Source of the DNA: an uncultured Alphaproteobacteria bacterium
GTDB lineage: Bacteria; Pseudomonadota; Alphaproteobacteria; Methylaequorales; Methylaequoraceae
Length of the DNA stretch: 64,000 bases
Direction of reading: 5' to 3'
Assembly: GCA_902595755.1 (NCBI GenBank)
Contig: CACJRF010000003.1
Span: 56,580 to 120,579, forward strand
Under the pieces are notes generated by a model. That model ran no database searches and was not told the origin of the DNA. It saw only the letters and a program-made list of their open reading frames with translations. The position numbers and the translations under genes were made by a program. Positions 39,682 to 49,913 of this stretch are shown in pieces (within the stretch, counting starts at the first letter, position 1; each line of letters begins with the position of its first letter).

Positions 39682-40812
39682 ATGGAAGATATTCTAAAAA
39701 AATTAATTGAGTACCCAACAATTAGTGAATCTAGCAACATAAATTTAATGAGTTATATAGATATTTATCTGAAAAAGTTTGGTATTAAAGGAAAATTGAT
39801 TCAAGGCGAAAAAAATCAATTTAATTATCATTGTATGATAGGCCCAAATAAGGATGGCGGTATAATATTCTCTGGACATACAGATGTTGTTCCTGTTGTA
39901 GGACAGGATTGGAAGTCAAATCCATTTAAATTATTAAAAAAAAATAATAAATATTATGGTAGAGGTACATGTGACATGAAAGGCTTTATCGCTGTATGTT
40001 TATCGATAGTTCCTCAAATAAAAATAAAAAAATTAAAAAAGCCAATTCACCTTATTTTTTCATATGATGAAGAAATTGGGTGCATAGGTATAAGAAAACT
40101 AATCCCATTCCTTAAAAAATTAAAACCCAAGCCAAAATTTTGTTTAGTTGGAGAACCAACTGAAATGAAAATTGTCAATCAACACAAAGGTAAAAAAAAC
40201 TTTTTAGTTTCCTTTCAGGGACATGAGGCCCATTCATCACTTACTGAAGATGGAGTTAACGCTATAAATTATTGTAGTAAATTTATTAACTATTTATCAA
40301 ATATTCAGATCGAGCTAGTTGATAAATATAAAAATAACAAATATTATCCTCCCTACCCAACCATAAATGTTGGGAAAATAAATGGAGGTTTAGCCGTAAA
40401 TATAATTCCAAATAAATGTGTAATAGAATTTGAAATTAGAGATACACCAGAAATGGAAAGTGAGTTATTTATAAGTAAAATAAAAAAATTTCTAAAAAAA
40501 TTAGAAACAAATATGAAAAAGAAATTTAAAAATTGTAGTATTAAATTTGAGGTTAAAAATAATTTTCCACCTCTTTTAACAATGAACTCATCTAATTTAA
40601 TATCATTATGTTTACAAGCTCTAAAGACAAACTCAACAGGTGCAGTGAGTTTTGGAACTGAAGCTGGTATTTTTAATGAAATGGGATTTGAAACAATTGT
40701 ATGTGGACCTGGAAGTATTAAGCAAGCACATAAACCTAACGAATTTATAGAAATTAAAGAAATGAATAAATGTAGAAAATTTCTTCTCAAATTGATTGAA
40801 CTCCAATATTAA
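39682..40812 (+). CDS. argE: Acetylornithine deacetylase
   Basis: SGHTDVVP, GRGTCDMKG, YDEEIGC, GEPT and QAHKPNE. Confidence 0.92.
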   Translation: MEDILKKLIEYPTISESSNINLMSYIDIYLKKFGIKGKLIQGEKNQFNYHCMIGPNKDGGIIFSGHTDVVPVVGQDWKSNPFKLLKKNNKYYGRGTCDMKGFIAVCLSIVPQIKIKKLKKPIHLIFSYDEEIGCIGIRKLIPFLKKLKPKPKFCLVGEPTEMKIVNQHKGKKNFLVSFQGHEAHSSLTEDGVNAINYCSKFINYLSNIQIELVDKYKNNKYYPPYPTINVGKINGGLAVNIIPNKCVIEFEIRDTPEMESELFISKIKKFLKKLETNMKKKFKNCSIKFEVKNNFPPLLTMNSSNLISLCLQALKTNSTGAVSFGTEAGIFNEMGFETIVCGPGSIKQAHKPNEFIEIKEMNKCRKFLLKLIELQY

Positions 40813-40813
40813 T

Positions 40814-41863
40814 ATGAAATTAAAGGAGTTAGACTACGAGATAAATAGTGATTTAATTGCACTTAGGCCTAAGCAACCAAGGGATGAATCAAAATTATTA
40901 ATTTCTGAAAACCCTTTAAAAATTATTAGATTTAAGAATATAATTGAAATTTTAAATCCAGGAGACGTTTTAATAATTAATGACACTAAAGTTATTAGAT
41001 CAGATGTTACAGGATATGTTAATAAATCAAAAGTCTCAATTAATCTAAACAAGATAATTGATAAAAAAAAAAATTTATGGTCAATTTTTATAAAGTCTAA
41101 TAAAAAAATACAACCAAATCAAAATATTAATTTAAGCGATAAGGTTTACTGTAAAATAATTGAGATCAGAGAAGACAAAAACTATCTAAGCTATATTGTA
41201 AAGTTTAGTCTTATATACTCAGAACTAATTGAATTTTTAGATTCGTACGGAAATATGCCATTACCAGCTTATATTAAAAAAAAAAGATTACTCAATCAAT
41301 CCGATTATAAAAATTATCAAGCAATTTTTGCTGATAGGATTGGAGCAGTTGCCGCACCAACTGCAAGTTTGCATTTCACAAAAAGATTGATAGACAAAAT
41401 TAAAAAAAAGGGAGTTAATATTATTAAACTCACATTGCATGTAAACGGAGGTACATTTATACCAATTAAGTCAAACGATATTGAAGATCATCTAATGCAT
41501 TATGAAAAAGGACTTATTACAAAAGAATCAGCTAATAAAATAAATTATTTAAAAAAAAAGGGCGGAAGAGTTTTTGCTGTTGGAACAACAGTACTGAGAC
41601 TTCTTGAATCATCCAAGGATCATAAAGGTAAAGTCAAAGCATTTGATGGTGAAACAAATATTTACATAAAGCCAGGTTGGAAGATTAATACTATTGATGC
41701 ATTAATAACAAATTTTCATACGCCTAAATCAACACTTCTACTTCTTATTTATGCTATTTTGGGTAAAAAAAAAACCCAAGAAGTTTATAAATTTGCAATT
41801 AAAAACAAACTGAGATTCTTCTCCTACGGCGATGCTTGCCTGATTTGGAATAGGAATGAGTAA
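40814..41863 (+). CDS. queA: SAM:tRNA ribosyltransferase-isomerase
   Basis: NDTKV, MPLPAYI, GAVAAPTA.LHF, NFH.PKSTL and FFSYGD. Confidence 0.96.
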   Translation: MKLKELDYEINSDLIALRPKQPRDESKLLISENPLKIIRFKNIIEILNPGDVLIINDTKVIRSDVTGYVNKSKVSINLNKIIDKKKNLWSIFIKSNKKIQPNQNINLSDKVYCKIIEIREDKNYLSYIVKFSLIYSELIEFLDSYGNMPLPAYIKKKRLLNQSDYKNYQAIFADRIGAVAAPTASLHFTKRLIDKIKKKGVNIIKLTLHVNGGTFIPIKSNDIEDHLMHYEKGLITKESANKINYLKKKGGRVFAVGTTVLRLLESSKDHKGKVKAFDGETNIYIKPGWKINTIDALITNFHTPKSTLLLLIYAILGKKKTQEVYKFAIKNKLRFFSYGDACLIWNRNE

Positions 41864-42977
41864 TTTAAAATTTTCAATCCTCGCAACTCAGAAAAAAGCT
41901 AGAGCAGGTGAAATATCAACCCATCACGGAATAATTAAAACCCCTGTTTTTATGCCAGTCGGGACTATTGGCTCGGTAAAAGCTATTTTTCCGCAAGAAT
42001 TAAAAAATCTTGATATTGACATTATTCTTGCGAATACTTACCACTTAATGCAAAGGCCAGGAGATAAGTTAATAAAAAAAATGGGAGGCTTGCAAAACTT
42101 TATTAATTGGGAAAAACCTATACTTACTGACTCCGGTGGTTTTCAAGTATGGTCATTGTCAAAGCTAAAAAAGATAAGTAAAAATGGAATTAATTTTAAA
42201 TCTCATATTGACGGTAGCCAAATTTTTCTTAGTCCTGAAAAAGCAATTGATATCCAATATAATTTAAATTCTAATATTTCTATGGTTTTAGATGAATGTA
42301 CTGAATTTCCAGTTTCATTTAAAAGAGCACAGGAGTCTATGGAACTATCAATGTATTGGGCTGAAAGATGTAAAAATATTTTTAAACCTAGAGAAGGGTA
42401 TGGGTGTTTTGGTATTGTTCAAGGTGGCATGTTTGAAGAACTCAGAAAAAGAAGTGCTGGTGAATTGAGTGAAATAGGTTTTGACGGTTATGCACTTGGT
42501 GGACTATCTGTAGGGGAAACGCACGATCAAATGGTAAATGTTATTAAGTCTGTTATTGATTACTTAGATGAAAAAAAACCAAGATACGTAATGGGAGTTG
42601 GAAGGCCGGTCGATATAATAAGGTCGGTTGAACAAGGTATAGATATGTTCGACTGCGTCCTTCCGACAAGATTTGGAAGGAACGGTAGAGCATTTACAAT
42701 GGCAGGTGAACTAAACCTAAGAAATTCTAAATATTCAGATGACGACTCCCCTTTAGATGAAAATCTTAATTGTTTTGCGTCTAATGAGTTCTCAAAATCC
42801 TATATACATCATTTAGTTAAAAATAATGAAATACTCTCTTCGATGATTCTGAGTTTACATAACATAGCATTTTATAAAAGAATGATGTGTGATATTAGAG
42901 AATCAATATTGACAAATACTTTTGAAGAAACTAAAAATTTATATTTATATGAAAATGAAAAATTCAAAAAAACCTAA
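41856..42977 (+). CDS. tgt: tRNA-guanine transglycosylase
   Basis: TPVFMPVGT, LANTYHL, TDSGGFQ and DMFDCVLPTR. Confidence 0.97.
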   Translation: MSNLKFSILATQKKARAGEISTHHGIIKTPVFMPVGTIGSVKAIFPQELKNLDIDIILANTYHLMQRPGDKLIKKMGGLQNFINWEKPILTDSGGFQVWSLSKLKKISKNGINFKSHIDGSQIFLSPEKAIDIQYNLNSNISMVLDECTEFPVSFKRAQESMELSMYWAERCKNIFKPREGYGCFGIVQGGMFEELRKRSAGELSEIGFDGYALGGLSVGETHDQMVNVIKSVIDYLDEKKPRYVMGVGRPVDIIRSVEQGIDMFDCVLPTRFGRNGRAFTMAGELNLRNSKYSDDDSPLDENLNCFASNEFSKSYIHHLVKNNEILSSMILSLHNIAFYKRMMCDIRESILTNTFEETKNLYLYENEKFKKT

Positions 42978-43413
42978 GTATCTAGGTAAGAAAGTAAAAT
43001 TAAATCAAGATAATCCTGACAAATTTGTCTTAGATCCAATAGATAACCCTCATCCTGACAAAGATTATTCTATTAGATTTTCTTCACCAGAGTTTACTAG
43101 TATATGCCCAATTACTTCACAACCTGACTTTGGAAATATCATTATTGATTACGTACCTAATAAACTCTTATTAGAGAGTAAGTCTCTGAAGTTATTTCTT
43201 TTCTCATTCAGAAACTATGGTGGTTTTCATGAGGATTGTACAATAAAGATTGCAAAAAAAATTATTCACTATGTAAAACCGAAGTGGATACGGATTGTAT
43301 CAGTCTGGAATCCAAGAGGTGGAATCCCAATTGATGTTTTTTTTGAGGAAGGTATAGCTCCAAAAAAAGTTCACATTCAAGATTTAAATATGAATATTTA
43401 TAAACCAAGATAA
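42949..43413 (+). CDS. queF: preQ0 reductase QueF (type I)
   Basis: EFTSICPITSQPDF, ESKSLKLFL and FHEDC. Confidence 0.95.
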   Translation: MKMKNSKKPKYLGKKVKLNQDNPDKFVLDPIDNPHPDKDYSIRFSSPEFTSICPITSQPDFGNIIIDYVPNKLLLESKSLKLFLFSFRNYGGFHEDCTIKIAKKIIHYVKPKWIRIVSVWNPRGGIPIDVFFEEGIAPKKVHIQDLNMNIYKPR

Positions 43414-43417
43414 GAGC

Positions 43418-43771
43418 TCAACCTGAATAAACACAACCCCCAACTCTTGGTCTATAAATTTCTATGCTGTGAAGGTTTTTAATTTTGTTTTTCAACATTT
43501 TCCATATCCATTTAGCAATATTTTCACATGTTGGGTTTTCTAAACCATGAATGTCGTTAAGTAAAGAATGATCTAATTGTTTTAAAATACTTTCAAGATA
43601 AGGATCTAACCCGTCAAGATCCATAACCCACCCACTTTTTTTTTTTACTTTACCATACAGAAAAATCTTTAATTCATAGCTATGACCGTGAATTCTTCTA
43701 TTTTTATGCCCATCCTCAAAATTTGGTATATAGTGAGCTGCATCAAAATAATATTTTTTATATATTATCAT
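43418..43771 (-). CDS. queD: 6-carboxytetrahydropterin synthase (atypical active site)
   Basis: FDAAH, HGHSY, LDHSLLND..GLENPTCE; lies within the que cluster. Confidence 0.9.
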   Translation of the reverse strand: MIIYKKYYFDAAHYIPNFEDGHKNRRIHGHSYELKIFLYGKVKKKSGWVMDLDGLDPYLESILKQLDHSLLNDIHGLENPTCENIAKWIWKMLKNKIKNLHSIEIYRPRVGGCVYSG

Positions 43772-44406
43772 TAGTTTATTCTAAGTACTTTATGAATCTG
43801 AAAACTTGGAAACCAATTTTCGTTTAATTTACAATAATTCAATGTTTTAACCAGATTTAACCTTTTTAAAGAATCATATTTTGGTTGTAGAAAAAAATAT
43901 TTAAAGTCTAATTTTTCTAAGGCCTTTAGATTAAATTTGTGTTGGGGATATACCACTTTAAGTTCATCACCATTTTTTAGTTTCCATAATGAATTTTCTT
44001 TTGGACTAACGCAGATCCAATCAAACTTAATATTTGTATTTATAGTTCCATTGGTTTCCAATGCAACATAAAAATTTAAACTTTTAAGCGCATTTATTAG
44101 TTTCTCGTTTACTTGAAGTAAAGGCTCACCCCCCGTTAAAACAACAAACTTTTTCTCTCTAGAAAACGTTGAATTCCAAACCATGTGAATTTTTTTTACT
44201 AACTGATCTAAATTATATTTACCACCGTTTAAACCATCAGTACCAGCAAAATCTGTATCACAAAAATTACATATAGCATTTTTCCTCATATTAATATTTC
44301 CATTCCATAAATTACAACCTGTAAATCTTACAAACACAGCTTTTCGTCCAACATGATAACCTTCACCTTGAATTGATTTAAATATCTCTTTAATTTTATA
44401 TAACAA
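43771..44406 (-). CDS. queE: 7-carboxy-7-deazaguanine synthase (CX14CX2C type)
   Basis: SIQGEG, RFTGCNLW...CNFCDTDF and LTGGEP. Confidence 0.95.
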   Translation of the reverse strand: MLYKIKEIFKSIQGEGYHVGRKAVFVRFTGCNLWNGNINMRKNAICNFCDTDFAGTDGLNGGKYNLDQLVKKIHMVWNSTFSREKKFVVLTGGEPLLQVNEKLINALKSLNFYVALETNGTINTNIKFDWICVSPKENSLWKLKNGDELKVVYPQHKFNLKALEKLDFKYFFLQPKYDSLKRLNLVKTLNYCKLNENWFPSFQIHKVLRIN

Positions 44407-45090
44407 TCACTTTCTCCATAAAGGGTCCTCAATTCCGGCTTCGTCAAATCCTTTTTTCCTCAACAAACATGCATCACACCTTCTACAAATTTTTTCCTTA
44501 CTTGGGTCATAACAACTAGATGTCTTAGAAAAATCCACTCCATTTTTAAATCCAATCTGAATTATATCCTTTTTTTTTAAATTTATAAGTGGAGTCTCAA
44601 TTTTAAACTTTTTATTACATAAACCTTTTTTTGTTGAAAAGTTTATTAATTTTTCAAATCCATCAATAAATTCTTTTCTACAATCTGGGTAGCCGGAATA
44701 GTCGACAGCATTAACCCCAAGAAAAATTTTATCTATATTTTTATACTCTGCATAACCCGAAGCAAAGGACAAAAAGATTATATTTCTACTTGGAACATAG
44801 GTGTTAGGGATTCCATTATCGATATTTTTAATATTTTCATTCTTTGGGACATCAATATTGTCTGTTAATGATGAGCCTCCAAAAAAATCAAGTTTAAATA
44901 TCCTATGTGATAAGCATTTAAAATTGTCAGCTTGCCATTTTGCACAATTTAATTCAACCTTATGTCTTTGATTATAGTCAAATGTGATTGCAATAACCTC
45001 ATATCCAAGCTTTTTACAAATTGATAATACGACAGCAGAATCTAACCCGCCACTAAGTAGTAGTACTACTTTATTTGATTTTTTAATCAT
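44407..45090 (-). CDS. queC: 7-cyano-7-deazaguanine synthase
   Basis: LSGGLDS, TYVPSRN, YPDCR and SCY...CRRCDAC. Confidence 0.96.
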   Translation of the reverse strand: MIKKSNKVVLLLSGGLDSAVVLSICKKLGYEVIAITFDYNQRHKVELNCAKWQADNFKCLSHRIFKLDFFGGSSLTDNIDVPKNENIKNIDNGIPNTYVPSRNIIFLSFASGYAEYKNIDKIFLGVNAVDYSGYPDCRKEFIDGFEKLINFSTKKGLCNKKFKIETPLINLKKKDIIQIGFKNGVDFSKTSSCYDPSKEKICRRCDACLLRKKGFDEAGIEDPLWRK

Positions 45091-45122
45091 CTTAGATTTA
45101 TAATATTTATAAAATAACAAAA

Positions 45123-46229
45123 ATGAATAATTTAAAAAATAAAGTTTGTTTAAAACTAAAAAGCTTTGGTTTTAATGTTGTTGGTATAACAAAACCAAAA
45201 GTAAACAAGGATACAATAAATAATTACAATTTATTTTTAAAAAAAAAATATCATGGCGATATGTATTGGTTAGAAAATCATGAGAATGCTAAAAAAGATC
45301 CCTCTAAAATATGGAAAGAAGTAAAAACTATAATAGTTTTGGGCCTTAATTATTCTCCAGGTTATAATCCACTTATAAATAATGATAAGAGAAACTTTGG
45401 AAATATTAGTGTTTATGCACAAAATGAAGATTACCACACAGTTATTAAAGATAAACTAAAGATCTTTAAAAAATGGTTATCAAATGAATATAACCTTGAT
45501 TCAAAGATATTTGTCGATACTTCTCCAATTTTTGAAAAGCAATTAGCTCAATCAGCTGGTCTAGGTTGGCAAGGGAAACATACAAATTTAGTTTCAAAGA
45601 AATATGGATCATGGTTATTTCTTTCAGAAATATTTCTCCCTATTGATATTCCAAATGATAACAAAGAATATAATCATTGCGGAATTTGTAACGACTGTAT
45701 TAAGGTCTGTCCAACTGATGCAATACTAAAAGAAAATGTCATAGATGCAAGAAAATGTATATCATACCTAACTATTGAGCATAAAGGACCTTTTCCAGTA
45801 AGTTTACGAAAAAAAATAGGTAACAAAATATATGGATGTGACGACTGTCTTTCAATATGTCCATGGAATAAGTTTTCTTCTGAATCCAAGGAAAAAAAAT
45901 TGATTGGAAAAGACCTCAAGGAACTCTCTTTTTATTTGAATTTAAATGAAAATGAGTTTTATAATTTTTTTAATAATTCTCCAATCAAAAGAATTGGTTG
46001 GATTAGATTTTTACGAAATGTCATAATAAGCGTCGGAAATAGTGACAATCAAGATTTAAAAGAAGATTTAATAAAATATGTATACCATCCTGAACCAATA
46101 ATTAGAGGTGCTTCCATTTGGTCCTTAAGTCAAATTCTTTCAAAAAATGATTTTAAAATTCTAAAAAAAGAATTACTTAAAACAGAAAATAATTCCTATG
46201 TTATTTTTGAATTAAACATTAAGAATTAA
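45123..46229 (+). CDS. queG: Epoxyqueuosine reductase
   Basis: YA...DYH, GWQGKHTN, CGICNDCIKVCPT and YGCDDCLSICPWN. Confidence 0.95.
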   Translation: MNNLKNKVCLKLKSFGFNVVGITKPKVNKDTINNYNLFLKKKYHGDMYWLENHENAKKDPSKIWKEVKTIIVLGLNYSPGYNPLINNDKRNFGNISVYAQNEDYHTVIKDKLKIFKKWLSNEYNLDSKIFVDTSPIFEKQLAQSAGLGWQGKHTNLVSKKYGSWLFLSEIFLPIDIPNDNKEYNHCGICNDCIKVCPTDAILKENVIDARKCISYLTIEHKGPFPVSLRKKIGNKIYGCDDCLSICPWNKFSSESKEKKLIGKDLKELSFYLNLNENEFYNFFNNSPIKRIGWIRFLRNVIISVGNSDNQDLKEDLIKYVYHPEPIIRGASIWSLSQILSKNDFKILKKELLKTENNSYVIFELNIKN

Positions 46230-47156
46230 TTTATTTAATCCCTTAAGCATGGTATTTATTATTCCTTCATCTGAAGATGAGTGACCTGCTGTATTGACAA
46301 AAACTAACTCAGAGCATTTCCAATTCTTAGACAAATTGTAAGCATTTATTGGTGGACAAATTAAGTCATACCTTCCTTGAACAATGTATGACGGGATATT
46401 AGATATAGTGTTTATATTCTTAAGAATCTCATTGTCTTCCATAAAAAAATTATTTTTTATATAATATAATTCCATAAAAGGAGAATTTGGCAACCCACTT
46501 CTTCTCATTATTTCTTCATCATTGTCAAAAAGATATTTTTCTGGATTGATTTGAGATAATATTCTTTCGTAGTCATGCCAAATCCATGAATGAAGCTTGG
46601 AATTTTCAATTACTACCTTTTCATAATATGATTCAATAATGTTTTTTCCTTCTCTAAACAAGCCACTAAATCTTTCATAAAGGTTCGGTGCAAATGTTTT
46701 TGGACCATCAATAAATGCCCAATTTATTTCATTCATAGTTCCAAGAAAGACAGATCTTAAAAGGATTCCAATAATATTATTTGGAAACTTTTGTGCATAC
46801 TTAATTGACAGAGTTGATCCCCATGAGCCTCCAACTATTAAGAATTTTTCAATATTAAAAAAAACTCTAATTTTTTCAATGTCATCTACAATAGATTCAG
46901 TATTATTATTTTCTAGTACTCTATACGGAGTACTCTTTCCACAACCACGTTGATCAAAGATTATTGATCTAAATATATTTGGATCAAATAAAGAATGATG
47001 CTCACTTCTACAATGTCCACCTGGTCCTCCATGAACAAAAATAACAGGTATACCATCTTTTTTTCCACTCACTTCAACATATATTTTGTTGTGTTTATCT
47101 ACTTCAATGTGATACATTTCAGGAAGAGATTTATGAATAAATAGTTTGTGGTTCAT
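46212..47156 (-). CDS. pip: Proline iminopeptidase
   Basis: HGGPGG, FDQRGCGKS, GGSWGSTL, GRYDLICP and AGHS. Confidence 0.93.
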   Translation of the reverse strand: MNHKLFIHKSLPEMYHIEVDKHNKIYVEVSGKKDGIPVIFVHGGPGGHCRSEHHSLFDPNIFRSIIFDQRGCGKSTPYRVLENNNTESIVDDIEKIRVFFNIEKFLIVGGSWGSTLSIKYAQKFPNNIIGILLRSVFLGTMNEINWAFIDGPKTFAPNLYERFSGLFREGKNIIESYYEKVVIENSKLHSWIWHDYERILSQINPEKYLFDNDEEIMRRSGLPNSPFMELYYIKNNFFMEDNEILKNINTISNIPSYIVQGRYDLICPPINAYNLSKNWKCSELVFVNTAGHSSSDEGIINTMLKGLNKLILNV

Positions 47157-47171
47157 TTGATAAACACCATT

Positions 47172-47618
47172 ATGGATAAGTTCGAAAATATAAATGAGTT
47201 AATAGTAGCATTACTTTTCTGGATAACAAGTCATACTGACTACAAAAATCCAATTAAATACCCAGCTATCGAATTTATTGAGCAAAAAGAACTTTCTCAG
47301 TTAGCATGTAAAACTGAATGTGAAATTCTGGCATATACACCTTTAGAGCCAAAATATAAAATCTTCTTATCAAAAAAGCTTGACCCTTTAAATGATATTT
47401 GTCACAGAGGGATTTTAATGCATGAGATAATTCATGTTTTACAGGAAGAACAGGGTGTTTTTTCAGATTATGAATTAAGAACAAAAAAGCATATGAGAGA
47501 GATGGATGCTCTTGTAAACCATAATATTTTTCTGAGTCAATATGGAAAGAAAATATTATATAGTAATGGTTTCGCCGCAAAATTTAAAACAAATACAAAA
47601 AATAATTTATATTGTTAA
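47172..47618 (+). CDS. Hypothetical HExxH-containing protein
   Basis: ILMHEIIHVLQ zinc-binding motif with a downstream Glu (REMDA). Confidence 0.65.
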   Translation: MDKFENINELIVALLFWITSHTDYKNPIKYPAIEFIEQKELSQLACKTECEILAYTPLEPKYKIFLSKKLDPLNDICHRGILMHEIIHVLQEEQGVFSDYELRTKKHMREMDALVNHNIFLSQYGKKILYSNGFAAKFKTNTKNNLYC

Positions 47619-48310
47619 TTTATTTTATTTAGCAATTCATCAGCTGGCACATAACCAAATATTATTTCATTACCCACCACAAAGGCTGGAGTTCCTCTAA
47701 GTCCTAGCTTATTCGCTAAATCAACATCCTCTTTAAGTTTTTTTTCTAACCTACTGTTAACTTGCTCATTATTGAGTTCATCTAAATTCACACCAAGTTT
47801 TTTAGTAATTTCGGATAATTTTTCTTTACTTACACGCCCTTTATTTTCATTAATCATTTTATAAAAACTATTAAAGCTATCAATATCCTTTTCAGCAATA
47901 AATATTCCTAATTTAGCTAAAAAAACTGAATTCTCTGATAATATAGGAAAATTTTTATATATAACTTTTACATCTTCTTTTTTAAGTAACTTTTGAATAT
48001 CATTGTGAGCTTTTTTACAATATGAACAATTAAAGTCAAAAAATTTAACAACTATTTTCTTAGAATTTATATTTCCGTCAAACAATCCATTACTACTATC
48101 CGTTAAACTTTCTAAATTTTCATTGATTATCTTTTGATTAGTTACTTCCTGTTCTTTAGCTTTTTTTTCCTCAAAATTTTGTAAAGATTTTAAAATAACT
48201 TCTGGATTTTCGAGTAAAAAATTTTCTATCTTTTCTTCAAGTGCCTGTGAGAAAACATTTAGAGAAAAAAACATAAAAGTAGCAACTGATAAAATTTTAA
48301 TTCTAATCAT
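47615..48310 (-). CDS. DsbA/Com1-like periplasmic thioredoxin
   Basis: Signal peptide, LENPEVI, FFDFNCSYCK and GTPAF. Start moved to 48310 because the longer ORF overlaps the tRNA. Confidence 0.9.
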   Translation of the reverse strand: MIRIKILSVATFMFFSLNVFSQALEEKIENFLLENPEVILKSLQNFEEKKAKEQEVTNQKIINENLESLTDSSNGLFDGNINSKKIVVKFFDFNCSYCKKAHNDIQKLLKKEDVKVIYKNFPILSENSVFLAKLGIFIAEKDIDSFNSFYKMINENKGRVSKEKLSEITKKLGVNLDELNNEQVNSRLEKKLKEDVDLANKLGLRGTPAFVVGNEIIFGYVPADELLNKIN

Positions 48311-48318
48311 AACAATAA

Positions 48319-48407
48319 TGGTGCGAGCGGTGGGACTTGAACCCACAAGGGTGTTACCACCCGCAGGATTTTAAGTCCTGTCTGTTTACCAATTTCAGCA
48401 CGCTCGC
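48319..48407 (-). tRNA. tRNA-Leu (anticodon TAA)
   Basis: Acceptor stem GCGAGCG/CGCTCGC, anticodon arm CAGGA-CTTAAAA-TCCTG, long variable arm, T-arm GTGGG-TTCAAGT-CCCAC and encoded ACCA. Confidence 0.97.
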
Positions 48408-48584
48408 AAGTCCTCCTAGCTGGGAATTACAGACAATTTTTGAACTTATAAATATGATTGAATTCAAAATCATTTTGTCGGTTCTACCCTAGTCATTTTA
48501 TTAATATTAAATCCTTTATATCATAATGAATAATGAATTAAACAAGAAACACAACTGCCTTTTAGAAATTTTTATTGATGAAAT

Positions 48585-49886
48585 CTAGGGTTTGTATAGA
48601 TAATTTTCAAATAATATAGAAAGGCATTTAGGAGAAAGGTGAATTTTATCGCACATATGTTTATTATTATTTTCTCCATTCAAGTTAGAAGTCAAATCAT
48701 AAACATTTAAGAAATATGCCCCTCTAGATAAAACTTCTTTTTTTAGAATTAAATTGTATATTTTGATTATCTCAATTCTTTTTTTATCAAGTTTATCCTG
48801 TGATTCTTCTTTAATTGTTGGCGCTGGAACACCAAAGTAAAATCTTTTTGGGTATTGGAGAGATAAGGTTAACTCCATATGATTTAAATAACCATTTATA
48901 GTGTTCTTGCACACTTCAGAGATATCTTTGTCTTCCTTGATTACGTAAGGTAATATTCCTTCATTTTTTCTACAATCTATTTCTCCAAAAGAAATAAACA
49001 CTTCATCAGAATAAGTATGATTTTTAATCTGTTGAGTTAAAGACTCTTTCCAGTTGTTATTCTTACTTTTAGAAAAATGCCATGCCTTCCCTCCTGTTAT
49101 CATAACTGGTTGAATTTTTTTTACTTTTGATGACATAGATAGAGTTTGATGAGCAAAAGAAAGACAATGACTTTCTCCAATATGAGGTATTTTTTCTGAA
49201 TAAGAATTATGACTGTTTTTCTCAAGCTCATTATATATTGAGGAAATAAATTGGGTTAAGAACCATGCATGCTGCCTAGTTTTTACTTCTTTAATAATAT
49301 AGAGAACACCTTGCTCTATTAATTCATTAATTTTATTTAGGTATAATGAGGTTTCTGAAAAATCTCCTTTTTGTAAATTAGCGCAGGTTATCTGTAGTAA
49401 AGCTCTTAGTTTATCCTCGGGTGCGATTGATTTTGATTCAAGTTTAGATTTTGATAAAAGAATAACCTCTCTCAATTTACCAACGTCTAACAATATGTCT
49501 CCAAGTGCATTTAGCGCCTCTTTGAAGTCTGGATTAAGCTCAATTGCTTTACGCTGTGATATTTCTGCTTCTTCCAATCTACCAAGTTCTCTCAGTATGT
49601 TTCCCAGATTAAAATGTACGTGTGCTACATTTGGTTTTAGATCAACTGCTTTGCGTGATAATATTGCTGCCTCTTCTAATTTGCCAAGTTGCTGCAATAT
49701 ATTTCCAAAATTAGAAAAGACTCTATAATCATTAAAATCTTTATTGATGCAGAATTGATAATGTTTTACCGCCTCTGTGATATTACCCTCTTTATGAAAA
49801 TTTATTGCTTTACCAATTATTTGCTCCTCAGCTGGATTAATAATATTTGCATATTTAGTGGAAGAGTGATTTTGAAAATTTGTCAT
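48585..49886 (-). CDS. TPR-repeat protein with C-terminal SGNH-hydrolase-like domain
   Basis: Clear TPRs (NFGNILQQLGKLEEA; NLGNILRELGRLEEA). C-terminal IGESH, FGEIDCR and DKIH resemble SGNH blocks I, III and V. Confidence 0.8.
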   Translation of the reverse strand: MTNFQNHSSTKYANIINPAEEQIIGKAINFHKEGNITEAVKHYQFCINKDFNDYRVFSNFGNILQQLGKLEEAAILSRKAVDLKPNVAHVHFNLGNILRELGRLEEAEISQRKAIELNPDFKEALNALGDILLDVGKLREVILLSKSKLESKSIAPEDKLRALLQITCANLQKGDFSETSLYLNKINELIEQGVLYIIKEVKTRQHAWFLTQFISSIYNELEKNSHNSYSEKIPHIGESHCLSFAHQTLSMSSKVKKIQPVMITGGKAWHFSKSKNNNWKESLTQQIKNHTYSDEVFISFGEIDCRKNEGILPYVIKEDKDISEVCKNTINGYLNHMELTLSLQYPKRFYFGVPAPTIKEESQDKLDKKRIEIIKIYNLILKKEVLSRGAYFLNVYDLTSNLNGENNNKHMCDKIHLSPKCLSILFENYLYKP

Positions 49887-49897
49887 TACAAATCATT

Positions 49898-49913
49898 AGC
49901 AAAAATCGTTCCA
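49898..49913 (-). promoter_or_regulatory. Sigma-54 promoter for the TPR-SGNH gene
   Basis: Minus strand reads TGGAACGATTTTTGCT (GG-N10-GC); 12 nt separate the -12 C from the ATG at 49886. Confidence 0.7.

Noticed and set aside
43771..44406. Non-canonical CX14CX2C radical-SAM motif in QueE
   Set aside because: A known QueE subtype (Burkholderia type).
40814..46229. 7-deazaguanine DNA-modification (dpd) defence system
   Set aside because: Tgt is the canonical bacterial tRNA enzyme flanked by queA and queG; no dpdA/B/C-like genes are present.
48311..48346. N-terminal extension of the DsbA-like ORF (MGSSPTART...)
   Set aside because: It is a translation of the tRNA-Leu 3' end; the real start is the ATG at 48310.
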